Positions 47,468-56,361 of a DNA stretch of 64,000 nucleotides are shown piece after piece. Positions within the stretch are counted from its first letter, which is position 1. Each line of letters opens with the position of its first letter. Location of the stretch: positions 164,265-228,264 of the forward strand of contig CAMDEE010000002.1 of NCBI GenBank assembly GCA_945895375.1, written 5' to 3'. Both the position numbers and the translations under genes were made by a program. The notes under the pieces are model-generated. The model made no database searches. It was not told the DNA's origin and saw only the letters and a program-made list of their open reading frames with translations. The DNA comes from Auritidibacter sp. Marseille-P8566. GTDB taxonomy: Bacteria; Actinomycetota; Actinomycetes; Actinomycetales; Microbacteriaceae.

Positions 47468-47499
47468 AGAACTGCCGAGGCCTGAGCCTCGGCAGTTCT
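47468..47499 (-). terminator. strong intra-operon stem-loop between the bmp gene and the ABC ATPase gene
   Basis: AGAACTGCCGAGGC-CTGA-GCCTCGGCAGTTCT: a 14-bp perfect stem 19 nt downstream of the bmp stop, with no T-tract on the minus strand. Likely an attenuator or mRNA-stabilising hairpin. Confidence 0.6.
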
Positions 47500-47518
47500 C
47501 TAACTACTTATCTAGTGA

Positions 47519-48565
47519 TTAGCTAAGTGGGTTGATGCTACCGTCGATGATGCCTGCTCTAAGTTCTGCAAGCTTCGCCTTTAGTGTCTCATCAATGAAC
47601 TCAGTCTCTGAGATGTCAGTTCCAGCGTTAGCTAGAGTACCTGTGTAAGCGTTGTCTCCACCACCAGCGAAAACTTCCTTGTCAACTGCAAGTGCCTTCA
47701 CGATGTCGTAAACTGCTGAACCCATTCTCTTCTCAATTGAGGTAAGAGTGATAGGTGCGTACTCTGGGCTGGTAACGCTGATGTTCTTGTCAACACCGAT
47801 CATCTTGGCGTCAACGCCAGACTCGGTGATTGCTTCCTGAAGAGCACCGAACTGGTCTCCACCAACTGGAACAAGAACGTCTGCACCTGCTGAAAGGTGA
47901 CCAGCAGCAATTGTCTTACCTTCTGGAGCGTTTGGAGCGAATCCACCAATGAAGTCACCCTGCTGTGTAGTTGCATCCCAACCAAGAACGGTCACTGGTG
48001 TGCCAGTCTCAAGTTCGTATGCCTTAGCACCGTAGTAGAAACCATCCATGAATGCTGTAACAGCACCAATCTGAAGACCACCGTAAACGCTAACTACCTT
48101 TGTTGTTGAGTAGTACGCAGCTGCATAACCAGCTAGGTATGATGACTCAGCCATGTTGTAACCAACTGGCTTTAGGTTTGTTGCTCCGTTTGACCAACCA
48201 TCGATGGTTACGAAGTTAACTTCTGGGTTTGCCTCAGCTGCTGCGTTTACTGCGTCAACTAGGTTGAAACCTACTGCGAAGATAACGTCACAACCTTCTG
48301 CAACCATTGCATCTAGGTTTGGCGCGAAATCTTCAGATGAGTTTGATTCAGCTGATGCAAGAGTTACACCGAACTCTGCTTCAGCCTTCTCCATACCATC
48401 CATTACAGATTCGTTGAATGACTTGTCTGCCCATGAACCTTCGTCAGAAACACCACATTCGATGAATCCAGCGCCTGGCTTTGGTGATGCACAGCCTGAA
48501 AGAACTAGCAAGCTGGCTGCTGCCATTGCTACTCCTGCTACGGCCTTACGTGAAACTTTGTTCAC
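47519..48565 (-). CDS. BMP-family (PnrA-like) nucleoside-binding lipoprotein
   Basis: Lipobox LVLSG-C, periplasmic-binding fold with DKSFNES. GTG start with AGGAGGA SD. Confidence 0.88.
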   Translation of the reverse strand: MNKVSRKAVAGVAMAAASLLVLSGCASPKPGAGFIECGVSDEGSWADKSFNESVMDGMEKAEAEFGVTLASAESNSSEDFAPNLDAMVAEGCDVIFAVGFNLVDAVNAAAEANPEVNFVTIDGWSNGATNLKPVGYNMAESSYLAGYAAAYYSTTKVVSVYGGLQIGAVTAFMDGFYYGAKAYELETGTPVTVLGWDATTQQGDFIGGFAPNAPEGKTIAAGHLSAGADVLVPVGGDQFGALQEAITESGVDAKMIGVDKNISVTSPEYAPITLTSIEKRMGSAVYDIVKALAVDKEVFAGGGDNAYTGTLANAGTDISETEFIDETLKAKLAELRAGIIDGSINPLS

Positions 48566-48693
48566 TTGTATCCTCCTGATTTATTTAGGTTGGTGCCGAT
48601 CACCAACCACACACAACTAGACACTACTAGCCCCCAACGACACTTTTGGCCACGAACACAAGGTATTTACCTAGGCGTTACAATTCGAGGTTT

Positions 48694-49692
48694 TTAGCGA
48701 GCCGCCAGTTCTTGCTCATAGGCAGACAGGATCTCAAGTAGGTCCCCGTCTATCGAATCAGGCTGGGTCAACCTGAGTTCAACGGTCTGGAACTTCAAAG
48801 CGCCTGGCTTTCTATATAGAGGGTCAGAATCAAACTTGCGGTCCAAAAGACTAGAAACAGCATTTAGGACGTATTTACTGGTATTTCTCTCAACTGAGGC
48901 TTGGACTCGTGATTCAAGAGCAAGAACCGAATCACCCAACTGAAGATCAGCTCCGATAAGGTACGGGGCGTCCAACTGTTCAGCATCCAAGCTCTGCCAA
49001 ATACTCTTTCCCCCATAAATGGCCGCAACGTTGCTTGAATCTAAGTTCTGAAGTTCAGCAGTCAAAACCTTGGAAGATGGGGTGCTGACAAAGACCGTCT
49101 TGGTTGTTGTTTGCGAGACGCGATCAAAGTCTTTGACGCCTTGGATGAATGATGTTCGTATTGAGCTTGATTGAGCAAAAACAGGTTGAACGAATAAGTG
49201 CACGTCACCTGAAGTTGATTTACCTGCTGCAAAGAAACCAGCTAACCGAGCGCTACTCAGTGCATCATCAGCAACCCACCTGAAGTTCGCTGGCTGATCT
49301 GAAGCAGAGATGTTGCCACCGATAAACAGGACTATCATCCTTGGGTGATCCTTTGCAAACTGAGCAAGATCTGAAATGTATTCGGTGTTGGCAGAAACCA
49401 TTAATACACAACCAGCCTGCAGAGCTTGTAGCAACCTAGCCGGAACCTCTTCAGTAGCTGGGTCAATCTTCACTTCACGAGCTGCTAACCCGTAAACAAT
49501 TTTTGCCTCAACTAAATCTGCTGCCAGTTGATTTTCTGGAGTTCCAGGAACAACAGTCGTAGATCGAATTAGGCAAGCTGTTGTTTTAGCTTTGTGATCT
49601 GGTTCAGTGACAGCCGCCGGAGCACAAGAACTAACGCCAACAGCGATGCTTGTAACAAGCATTGCTGAAACGATGGTTCTAACAGTTCTCAT
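48694..49692 (-). CDS. lipoprotein, possibly a very divergent type-I periplasmic-binding/BMP-like protein
   Basis: ATG 49692 gives MRTVRTIVSAMLVTSIAVGVSS-C (lipobox). The ORF-track start at 49743 overlaps manC. Alternating beta-alpha pattern and position directly upstream of bmp. No motif confirmed. Confidence 0.45.
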   Translation of the reverse strand: MRTVRTIVSAMLVTSIAVGVSSCAPAAVTEPDHKAKTTACLIRSTTVVPGTPENQLAADLVEAKIVYGLAAREVKIDPATEEVPARLLQALQAGCVLMVSANTEYISDLAQFAKDHPRMIVLFIGGNISASDQPANFRWVADDALSSARLAGFFAAGKSTSGDVHLFVQPVFAQSSSIRTSFIQGVKDFDRVSQTTTKTVFVSTPSSKVLTAELQNLDSSNVAAIYGGKSIWQSLDAEQLDAPYLIGADLQLGDSVLALESRVQASVERNTSKYVLNAVSSLLDRKFDSDPLYRKPGALKFQTVELRLTQPDSIDGDLLEILSAYEQELAAR

Positions 49693-49702
49693 GGACAAAT
49701 AC

Positions 49703-50821
49703 TTATAGAACTTCGCTGTGACCAGTAACCTTGAGCGAATCAACTAGATTCTTCACTCGTTGAGCATGCTCCTTGGTGGTAACTAGAAGTGCATCAGGGG
49801 TGTCAACAACGATGACATCGTCAAGACCGATAAGCGCAACTAAGCGACCTGTCTCAGATACTAGGATTCCGCTGGACTTTTCTGAAAGAACTGTGACATC
49901 GCCAAGCACCGCTAGGTGATTACGCTTGCCACCGGACTGAAGTTCTGCAATAGCGGCAAAGTCACCAACATCGTGCCAACCAAATTTGGCTGGAACAACA
50001 GCAACTAAGCCTTTGGCTGCAGCAGGCTCTGCTACCGAGTAGTCAACGGCAATCTTCTTGAGAGTTGGCCAGACATCTTCAAAGACTTTTTCCTGCGATG
50101 ATGTGTCCCAGGCATCAGCCAAAGTCATAATCTTTGAGTGCAGCTCTGGCTCTGTCTCTTCAAGGACAGAAAGAATTAGCGCGGCAGGAGCGATAAACAT
50201 ACCTGCGTTCCATAGGTACTTACCTGAGGCAACATACTTACGAGCACGTTCAATATCTGGCTTCTCAACGAACTTGGCTACCTCACGAGCATGCTTAGCA
50301 AATGGTAGATCCATCTTGTCGCCAGCCTTGATGTATCCAAATCCAACAGAAGGTTCGCTTGGCTGAATACCGATAGTGACAATCTTTCCGGTTGCAGCAA
50401 CTGCAACAGCTTCCTTAACACATTCTGTGAATTCTTTGTTATCAGTAATAACGTGATCAGCCGCGAATGACCCAATGATTACATCTGGTTCACGCTTGAC
50501 AAGAATGGCCGCCGCTAATGCAATCGCAGCGGTTGAATCCTTCGGGCTTGGTTCTAGAAAAAGATTGTTTACTGAAAGATCTGCGCACTGTTCGGCAACA
50601 GCATTGCGGTGCGCAACGCCTGTGACAACAACAATTCGGTCATTGCCTGAAAGCGGAGCTAATCTCTCCCAGGTGTCCTGAAGTAGGGTCTGACCTGAGC
50701 CTGTTAGGTCATGCAAAAACTTAGGCGCAGATGCTCGTGATAGCGGCCATAGCCTGCTACCAATCCCACCAGCTGGAATTACAGAATAGAAACGAGCCAT
50801 TGGCTCTTTAGGATCACTCAT
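49703..50821 (-). CDS. manC: mannose-1-phosphate guanylyltransferase
   Basis: VIPAGGIGSRLWPLSR nucleotidyl-transferase loop, no C-terminal isomerase domain. An alternative start is M8 at 50800. Confidence 0.85.
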   Translation of the reverse strand: MSDPKEPMARFYSVIPAGGIGSRLWPLSRASAPKFLHDLTGSGQTLLQDTWERLAPLSGNDRIVVVTGVAHRNAVAEQCADLSVNNLFLEPSPKDSTAAIALAAAILVKREPDVIIGSFAADHVITDNKEFTECVKEAVAVAATGKIVTIGIQPSEPSVGFGYIKAGDKMDLPFAKHAREVAKFVEKPDIERARKYVASGKYLWNAGMFIAPAALILSVLEETEPELHSKIMTLADAWDTSSQEKVFEDVWPTLKKIAVDYSVAEPAAAKGLVAVVPAKFGWHDVGDFAAIAELQSGGKRNHLAVLGDVTVLSEKSSGILVSETGRLVALIGLDDVIVVDTPDALLVTTKEHAQRVKNLVDSLKVTGHSEVL

Positions 50822-50931
50822 ACTCCCAAAAGCCTAGCCCAGAAGCATGGTTAGACGATTTTTGTCTGAAATCGTGGGTTATCATTAAGCCAATTAGGTG
50901 AGCGATTTGCCGCCAATCAAGGAGGAGTTTC

Positions 50932-51309
50932 GTGGCTAAAAGACCTGCGGGTACTTTGTATCGAGGCAAAATAGGCATGTGGTCTTGGGTATTACACCGT
51001 ATTACTGGGGTTGGAATCTATTTCTTCCTCCTAGTCCACATCCTTGATACCGCTCTGGTGAGAGTAAGCCCTGAGGCTTACAACACGGTTATGCATGTTT
51101 ATAAAACCCCAATAGTAGGTATTGCTGAAATTGGTCTGGTTGGAGCCATCCTCTTCCACGGATTCAACGGTCTTCGCGTAGCCCTTATCGACTTCTGGAG
51201 TAAAGGTGCTAAGTACCAAAACCAGATGTTCTGGGTAGTTGTAGTTATCTTTGTTGTTCTAATGGCCGCCTGGATCCCACGCCAGCTTATGCACACGTTT
51301 GGAGAGTAA
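50932..51309 (+). CDS. sdhC: succinate dehydrogenase cytochrome b subunit
   Basis: 125 aa, 3 TM helices, WSWVLHRITGV...LLVH heme-ligand context. GTG start with AGGAGG SD. First gene of sdhCDAB. Confidence 0.8.
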   Translation: MAKRPAGTLYRGKIGMWSWVLHRITGVGIYFFLLVHILDTALVRVSPEAYNTVMHVYKTPIVGIAEIGLVGAILFHGFNGLRVALIDFWSKGAKYQNQMFWVVVVIFVVLMAAWIPRQLMHTFGE

Positions 51310-51750
51310 ATGAGCGTCGTTATTGAACAGCCAAACCAGCCAAGAAGTCGCAAGAATGCTCAGTGGGAAAAGCGTGCATGGGTTTTCATGCGTGTCTCAG
51401 GTCCACTTCTAGTTGTCCTAATCCTCGGTCACTTAATGGTGAACCTAGTGCTGCCTGAGCGTGGAGTTAAATCCATTGACTTTGCCTTCGTTGCTGGAAA
51501 GTGGGCAGATCCGTTCTGGCAGGTTTATGACGGCATCATGCTTTGGTTAGCCATGATTCACGGAACCAACGGTATGAGAACTTTGGTCAACGACTATGCA
51601 GAGCGTGAATGGGTTAGAAAATCATTCAACATAGCACTATGGGTTGCAGCGACAGTTCTAATCATTCTTGGAACTCTAGTCATCACAACTTTTGATCCAT
51701 GCATCGATCCAGATGTTGAAAGCTATCTACCTGGCGTTTGTAAGCCGTAA
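51310..51750 (+). CDS. sdhD: succinate dehydrogenase hydrophobic membrane anchor subunit
   Basis: 146 aa, 3 TM helices, starts directly after the sdhC stop. Call rests mainly on position. Confidence 0.75.
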   Translation: MSVVIEQPNQPRSRKNAQWEKRAWVFMRVSGPLLVVLILGHLMVNLVLPERGVKSIDFAFVAGKWADPFWQVYDGIMLWLAMIHGTNGMRTLVNDYAEREWVRKSFNIALWVAATVLIILGTLVITTFDPCIDPDVESYLPGVCKP

Positions 51751-51758
51751 GGAAAAAA

Positions 51759-53513
51759 TTGTCCGAAGTTAAAGTTCATCACTATCAGTACGACGTAGTT
51801 ATCGTTGGTGCCGGTGGTGCAGGTATGCGTGCAGCTATTGAAGCAGGTCCGCACGCTAAAACTGCCGTTATCTCAAAGCTCTTCCCTACTCGTTCACACA
51901 CAGGGGCCGCTCAAGGCGGAATGGCAGCAGCGCTAGCCAACGTTGAAGAAGACTCTTGGGAATGGCATACCTTCGACACAGTTAAAGGTGGCGACTACCT
52001 AGTTGACCAGGATGCTGCAGAGATTCTTGCTAAGGAATCTGTTCAAGCAGTTATTGATCTTGAGAACATGGGTCTTCCATTCAACAGAACTCCTGATGGC
52101 AAGATCGACCAAAGAAGATTTGGTGGTCACACTCGCGATCACGGTAAAGCTCCTGTTAGAAGAAGCTGTTACGCAGCCGACAGAACCGGTCACATGATTC
52201 TGCAGACCTTGTACCAAAACTGCGTGAAGTTAGGTATCGAGTTCTATAACGAGTTCTATGTTCTTGACCTAGTCATGAACACCGTTGATGGTGAAGAACG
52301 TCCTGCAGCTGTTGTTGCCTATGAACTAGCTACCGGCGACCTCCACGTCTTCCAAGGCAAATCAATTGTTTTTGCAACCGGTGGTTTTGGAAAGATCTTC
52401 AAGACAACTTCAAACGCTCACACTCTTACCGGTGATGGTGTTGGAATCATTTACCGTAAGGGTCTTCCACTAGAAGACATGGAGTTCTACCAATTCCACC
52501 CAACAGGGCTAGCAGGTCTTGGTATTTTGCTATCTGAAGCAGCTCGTGGTGAAGGTGCGATCCTTCGTAATGCATCAGGTGAGCGCTTCATGGAAAGATA
52601 TGCTCCAACCATCAAGGACCTAGCCCCTAGAGACATGGTTGCTCGTGCGATGGCTAACGAAGTGCGTGAAGGAAGAGGAGCAGGTCCTAACAAGGACTAC
52701 GTTCTTCTAGACCTTACTCACCTAGAGCCTGCTGTTATTGATGCCAAGCTTCCTGACATTACTGAGTTTGCAAGAACCTACCTAGGTGTTGAGCCTTACA
52801 CAGAGCCAGTGCCAGTATTCCCAACTGCTCACTACGCTATGGGTGGAATTCCAACCAATATCAAGGCTGAGGTTCTTAGAGATAACGACACAGTTGTCCC
52901 AGGTCTTTATGCTGCTGGTGAATGTGCATGTGTTTCTGTGCACGGAGCAAACCGCCTAGGAACTAACTCACTATTGGATATCAACGTATTCGGTAAGCGT
53001 GCTGGTATCTACGCAGTTGAGTATGCCAAGGATGCAAAGTTTGTTGATGTTCCAGCTGACGCAGTTGCTGAAACTGTGAAGCTAATCGAACACATGCGTA
53101 ATGCTCGTGGAACTGAAAAGATTGCGGTTATCCGTAAAGAACTTCAGGACACCATGGATAAGAACGCTCAGGTTTATAGAACTGAAGAATCGCTAAACGA
53201 AGCACTAGATAAGATCAAAGAGCTACGCGTAAGATACGAGAACATTCAGGTCCAAGACCGCGGCATGAGATTCAACACAGATCTACTTGAAGCAATCGAA
53301 CTAGGTTTCTTACTAGACCTTGCTGAAGTTCTTGCCTTCACTGCTCGCGAGAGACGCGAGAGTAGAGGTGGACACTACCGTGAAGACTTCGAAACAAGAG
53401 ATGACGAGAAGTTCATGGTTCACTCAATGGCATACAAGAACGGTGACCAGATCGATATCGGCTGGAAACCTGTAGTAATAACTAACTACCAACCAATGGA
53501 GCGTAAGTACTAA
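51759..53513 (+). CDS. sdhA: succinate dehydrogenase flavoprotein subunit
   Basis: [14 protein letters not shown], covalent-FAD His context [34 protein letters not shown] start. Confidence 0.96.
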   Translation: MSEVKVHHYQYDVVIVGAGGAGMRAAIEAGPHAKTAVISKLFPTRSHTGAAQGGMAAALANVEEDSWEWHTFDTVKGGDYLVDQDAAEILAKESVQAVIDLENMGLPFNRTPDGKIDQRRFGGHTRDHGKAPVRRSCYAADRTGHMILQTLYQNCVKLGIEFYNEFYVLDLVMNTVDGEERPAAVVAYELATGDLHVFQGKSIVFATGGFGKIFKTTSNAHTLTGDGVGIIYRKGLPLEDMEFYQFHPTGLAGLGILLSEAARGEGAILRNASGERFMERYAPTIKDLAPRDMVARAMANEVREGRGAGPNKDYVLLDLTHLEPAVIDAKLPDITEFARTYLGVEPYTEPVPVFPTAHYAMGGIPTNIKAEVLRDNDTVVPGLYAAGECACVSVHGANRLGTNSLLDINVFGKRAGIYAVEYAKDAKFVDVPADAVAETVKLIEHMRNARGTEKIAVIRKELQDTMDKNAQVYRTEESLNEALDKIKELRVRYENIQVQDRGMRFNTDLLEAIELGFLLDLAEVLAFTARERRESRGGHYREDFETRDDEKFMVHSMAYKNGDQIDIGWKPVVITNYQPMERKY

Positions 53514-54259
53514 TGGGCGCAATTACTGAAACTCAGGAAATTGGAGTGATTCCTTCTTTCACTGTCACTCTGATGGTTCGTCGTTTCGATCCTGAAACAG
53601 ATGATGAGCCAAAGTGGCAAGACTTCGACGTCACCATGTATGGCACCGACCGTGTTCTTGACGCTCTGCACAAGATCAAGTGGGAAATCGATGGAAGCTT
53701 AACTTTCAGAAGATCATGTGCTCACGGTGTTTGTGGTTCAGATGCAATGCGCATCAACGGTAGAAACCGCTTGGCTTGTAAGACTCTGATCAAAGATCTA
53801 GATATCTCTCAACCTATTTATGTTGAACCAATCAAGGGACTAAAGATTGAGAAGGACCTTGTTGTTGACATGGAGCCTTTCTACCAGGCCTACAGAGATG
53901 TGAAGCCTTTCCTTATTGCATCAGACAAGCCAGCGGCTGAACGTCTTCAGTCCCCAGAGGATCGTGAACGCTTTGAAGACACCACCAAGTGCATTCTCTG
54001 TGCTGCCTGTACTACCTCTTGCCCAGTGTTCTGGACAGATAACCAGTACTTTGGACCTGCAGCTATTGTGAACGCTCACCGCTTCATCTTTGACTCAAGA
54101 GACGAAGCAGCAGAGGTTCGCCTAGACATTCTGAACGATAAAGAAGGTGTCTGGCGCTGCCGCACTACCTTCAACTGCACCGAAGCTTGCCCTAGAGGTA
54201 TTGAAGTTACCAAGGCAATTGCTGAGGTTAAGCAAGCAGTTCTTCGCGGACGCCGTTAA
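53513..54259 (+). CDS. sdhB: succinate dehydrogenase iron-sulfur subunit
   Basis: Three cluster motifs: CAHGVCGSDAMRINGRNRLAC, CILCAACTTSCP, CRTTFNCTEACPRGI. Confidence 0.95.
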   Translation: MGAITETQEIGVIPSFTVTLMVRRFDPETDDEPKWQDFDVTMYGTDRVLDALHKIKWEIDGSLTFRRSCAHGVCGSDAMRINGRNRLACKTLIKDLDISQPIYVEPIKGLKIEKDLVVDMEPFYQAYRDVKPFLIASDKPAAERLQSPEDRERFEDTTKCILCAACTTSCPVFWTDNQYFGPAAIVNAHRFIFDSRDEAAEVRLDILNDKEGVWRCRTTFNCTEACPRGIEVTKAIAEVKQAVLRGRR

Positions 54260-54293
54260 CACCTGAGAGTTATCTAAAAGATACTCAAATAAG

Positions 54294-54326
54294 CAGGCCT
54301 TGATTTAGAGGCCTGTTTATTCTTTT
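54294..54326 (+). terminator. rho-independent terminator of sdhCDAB
   Basis: CAGGCCT-TGATTTAG-AGGCCTG followed by TTTATTCTTTT. Confidence 0.65.
54318..54323 (+). promoter_or_regulatory. candidate -10 box TATTCT for the leaderless Rieske gene, embedded in the sdh terminator T-tract
   Basis: TATTCT at -12..-7 of ATG 54330, no SD. Confidence 0.4.
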
Positions 54327-54329
54327 AAC

Positions 54330-54797
54330 ATGTCTGAATTTAACTCCTGCCCCGCTCACGATAAGAGCGCTGAGCCTAAGGAGTCCAGAGCAGGTCTAAG
54401 CCGAAGAAACTTCTTCACCAGCCTTGCAGTTGCAGCAGGTTCAATTGGACTGACTTCCATCGCATCCAGTGCTGAAGCAGCATCAAAGAAATACAAGATT
54501 TGCGCAACTAAGGACATTAAAGTCGGTGGCGGCAGCTCCTTCCGAATCCCAGGACGCAACATGATGGTTCTAATTACCCAACCTAAAGTCGGGGTATTTA
54601 GAGCATTCGATCAACGTTGCACCCACGAAGGTTTTGCGGTCAACAAGATTGAGGGAAAGAACCTGATCTGCCAAGCTCACGGAGCGTTATTCGATATGAA
54701 CACCGGTGCTGTCAAGAGAGGTCCCGCAAGAAAAGCTCTCCCGACATACACAGTCAGTGTTGAAAAGAAACTGGTTTACGTAACAATCAAGAGCTAA
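54330..54797 (+). CDS. Tat-exported Rieske [2Fe-2S] domain protein
   Basis: Twin-arginine signal SRRNFFTSLAVAAGS. Rieske ligands CTHEG and CQAHGALF. 155 aa. Confidence 0.85.
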   Translation: MSEFNSCPAHDKSAEPKESRAGLSRRNFFTSLAVAAGSIGLTSIASSAEAASKKYKICATKDIKVGGGSSFRIPGRNMMVLITQPKVGVFRAFDQRCTHEGFAVNKIEGKNLICQAHGALFDMNTGAVKRGPARKALPTYTVSVEKKLVYVTIKS

Positions 54798-56328
54798 GTT
54801 CTCTGGCCAGTCCTGGAATCAAAGCTGGGGAAAGCGATAGTGAACTAACCCCATACTCAATAAACAACTTGGCTGATTCAAAATCGCTAGCTGCTTCCCC
54901 ACAAATCCCAATTGGTTTTCCAGCCTTCGTAGCAAACTCAGTAACCCTCCGAATCAGTTCAAGAACTTCAGGCTCTCTAACCATGGATAGTGCTTGGGTG
55001 GAACCTAGACGATCTTGATTCAAGGTGTATTGAGTTAGATCGTTTGTTCCAATACTTAGAAAATCAACTACGTTGACTATTTGCTCTAATACTTCAGGTT
55101 CACAAACTTCAGGAACCTCAATCATCACGCCAACAGTTTCTAGACCGAGTTTCTTGGCCATCTCAACAAACTGAACAGCCTGCTCTGCGTTAGAGACCAT
55201 AGGTGCCATTACCCATAGCTTCGCTTCAGGATGCTTTTGAGAAGCAAGAGACAGTGCTGTTAGTTGAGTAATCAGCGCTTCTGGATTAGCAAGCAGTGCT
55301 TGGAATCCCCTATTGGCATACTTACCTGTTTCAGTGAGCTTTAGGAAAGGTAGCGGCTTATCGGTATCTAGATCTAAGACTCGAACAATTACTACCTGGT
55401 TAGGGAACTGATCTAAAAGTCTTGAGTATTCCAAAACTTGCGTTTCCAGTGAAGGGGCAACTTTCTCCCCAAGAAATAAAAGCTCTGTTCTGAATAAACC
55501 AACACCTTGAGCTCCAAAAGATAAAGCGGCAGCACCTTCTGAACTAGAACCTAGGTTGGCGTATAGCTTCACCGGAAGTTCAAGAGCTTGAACATCAACA
55601 ACCTCTTGGGCTATATCAGCAACAGCATTTACATATTGAGCAATCTCTATTTCATCTGGCTTTACAAATACCTGACCACTAGAAGAATCCACGATCAACT
55701 GATCCCCTGCTTGAATAAACTCAGCTCCACTAACCGAGACAACAGTTGGTAGGTTCATTCCTCTAGCCAGAATAGAGGTGTGTGACGTTGGGCTCCCCAG
55801 ACTGGTCACCAATCCAACAATCGAACTGCTCTGCAGTTTGACCATTTCTAAAGGACCTAGATTGTCGGCCACTAAAACGAAAGGTTCACTTGGCCAAACC
55901 GAATCCTGTTTGCCATTTAGTTTGTCAATAACTCTTTCACCGAGTTCGATGATGTCATTTGATCGTTCAGCAAAGTAGTCACCAAGTTGAGCAAGAACCT
56001 GAGCTGCTGATTTGAAAGCCCCGATTACTGCACGCTGAGAGTTAGCTCCATCAGCCAAACGAACCTTGATATTTTCCATCAACGATTCATCTTCTAAAAC
56101 CAGTTTGAGGGCATCAAGGATATCTGCCGATTCTTCATCGGTTGATTCCCTAGCCTTATCTATCTCTTGGGCAACATCAGCTAAAGCTGCTTTGATGGCT
56201 ATTAGCCCCCTAGTGCTACCTAGAGCTTCGCTATCCCAAGGCACATATCTGTCAGTTCTATAGATGAACGCACTGGCGATAGATACACCGGTGCCAACAC
56301 CTGCACCTACTAATACGCGTTCACTCAC
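54787..56328 (-). CDS. ptsI: phosphoenolpyruvate-protein phosphotransferase (PTS enzyme I)
   Basis: Active-site GSPTSHTSILARG, PEP-utilising C-domain GLFRTELLF, SIGTNDLTQY, CGEAASD. 513 aa (shorter than E. coli EI, lacking its C-terminal tail). GTG start. Confidence 0.88.
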   Translation of the reverse strand: MSERVLVGAGVGTGVSIASAFIYRTDRYVPWDSEALGSTRGLIAIKAALADVAQEIDKARESTDEESADILDALKLVLEDESLMENIKVRLADGANSQRAVIGAFKSAAQVLAQLGDYFAERSNDIIELGERVIDKLNGKQDSVWPSEPFVLVADNLGPLEMVKLQSSSIVGLVTSLGSPTSHTSILARGMNLPTVVSVSGAEFIQAGDQLIVDSSSGQVFVKPDEIEIAQYVNAVADIAQEVVDVQALELPVKLYANLGSSSEGAAALSFGAQGVGLFRTELLFLGEKVAPSLETQVLEYSRLLDQFPNQVVIVRVLDLDTDKPLPFLKLTETGKYANRGFQALLANPEALITQLTALSLASQKHPEAKLWVMAPMVSNAEQAVQFVEMAKKLGLETVGVMIEVPEVCEPEVLEQIVNVVDFLSIGTNDLTQYTLNQDRLGSTQALSMVREPEVLELIRRVTEFATKAGKPIGICGEAASDFESAKLFIEYGVSSLSLSPALIPGLARELSS

Positions 56329-56334
56329 CCGACA

Positions 56335-56340
56335 AGTCTA
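56335..56340 (-). promoter_or_regulatory. candidate -10 box TAGACT for leaderless ptsI
   Basis: The minus strand reads TAGACT at -12..-7 of GTG 56328, no SD. Confidence 0.45.
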
Positions 56341-56349
56341 AGATGACCT

Positions 56350-56355
56350 TAAACT
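56350..56355 (+). promoter_or_regulatory. candidate -10 box TAAACT for leaderless xthA
   Basis: TAAACT at -12..-7 of ATG 56362, no SD. Confidence 0.45.
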
Positions 56356-56361
56356 TGTCCC

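Larger units (their letters stand above)
56331..56359. promoter_or_regulatory. 7-bp inverted repeat GACAAGT-N15-ACTTGTC filling the 33-bp ptsI/xthA divergent spacer
   Basis: Read directly from the sequence. It overlaps both candidate -10 boxes. Confidence 0.3.
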
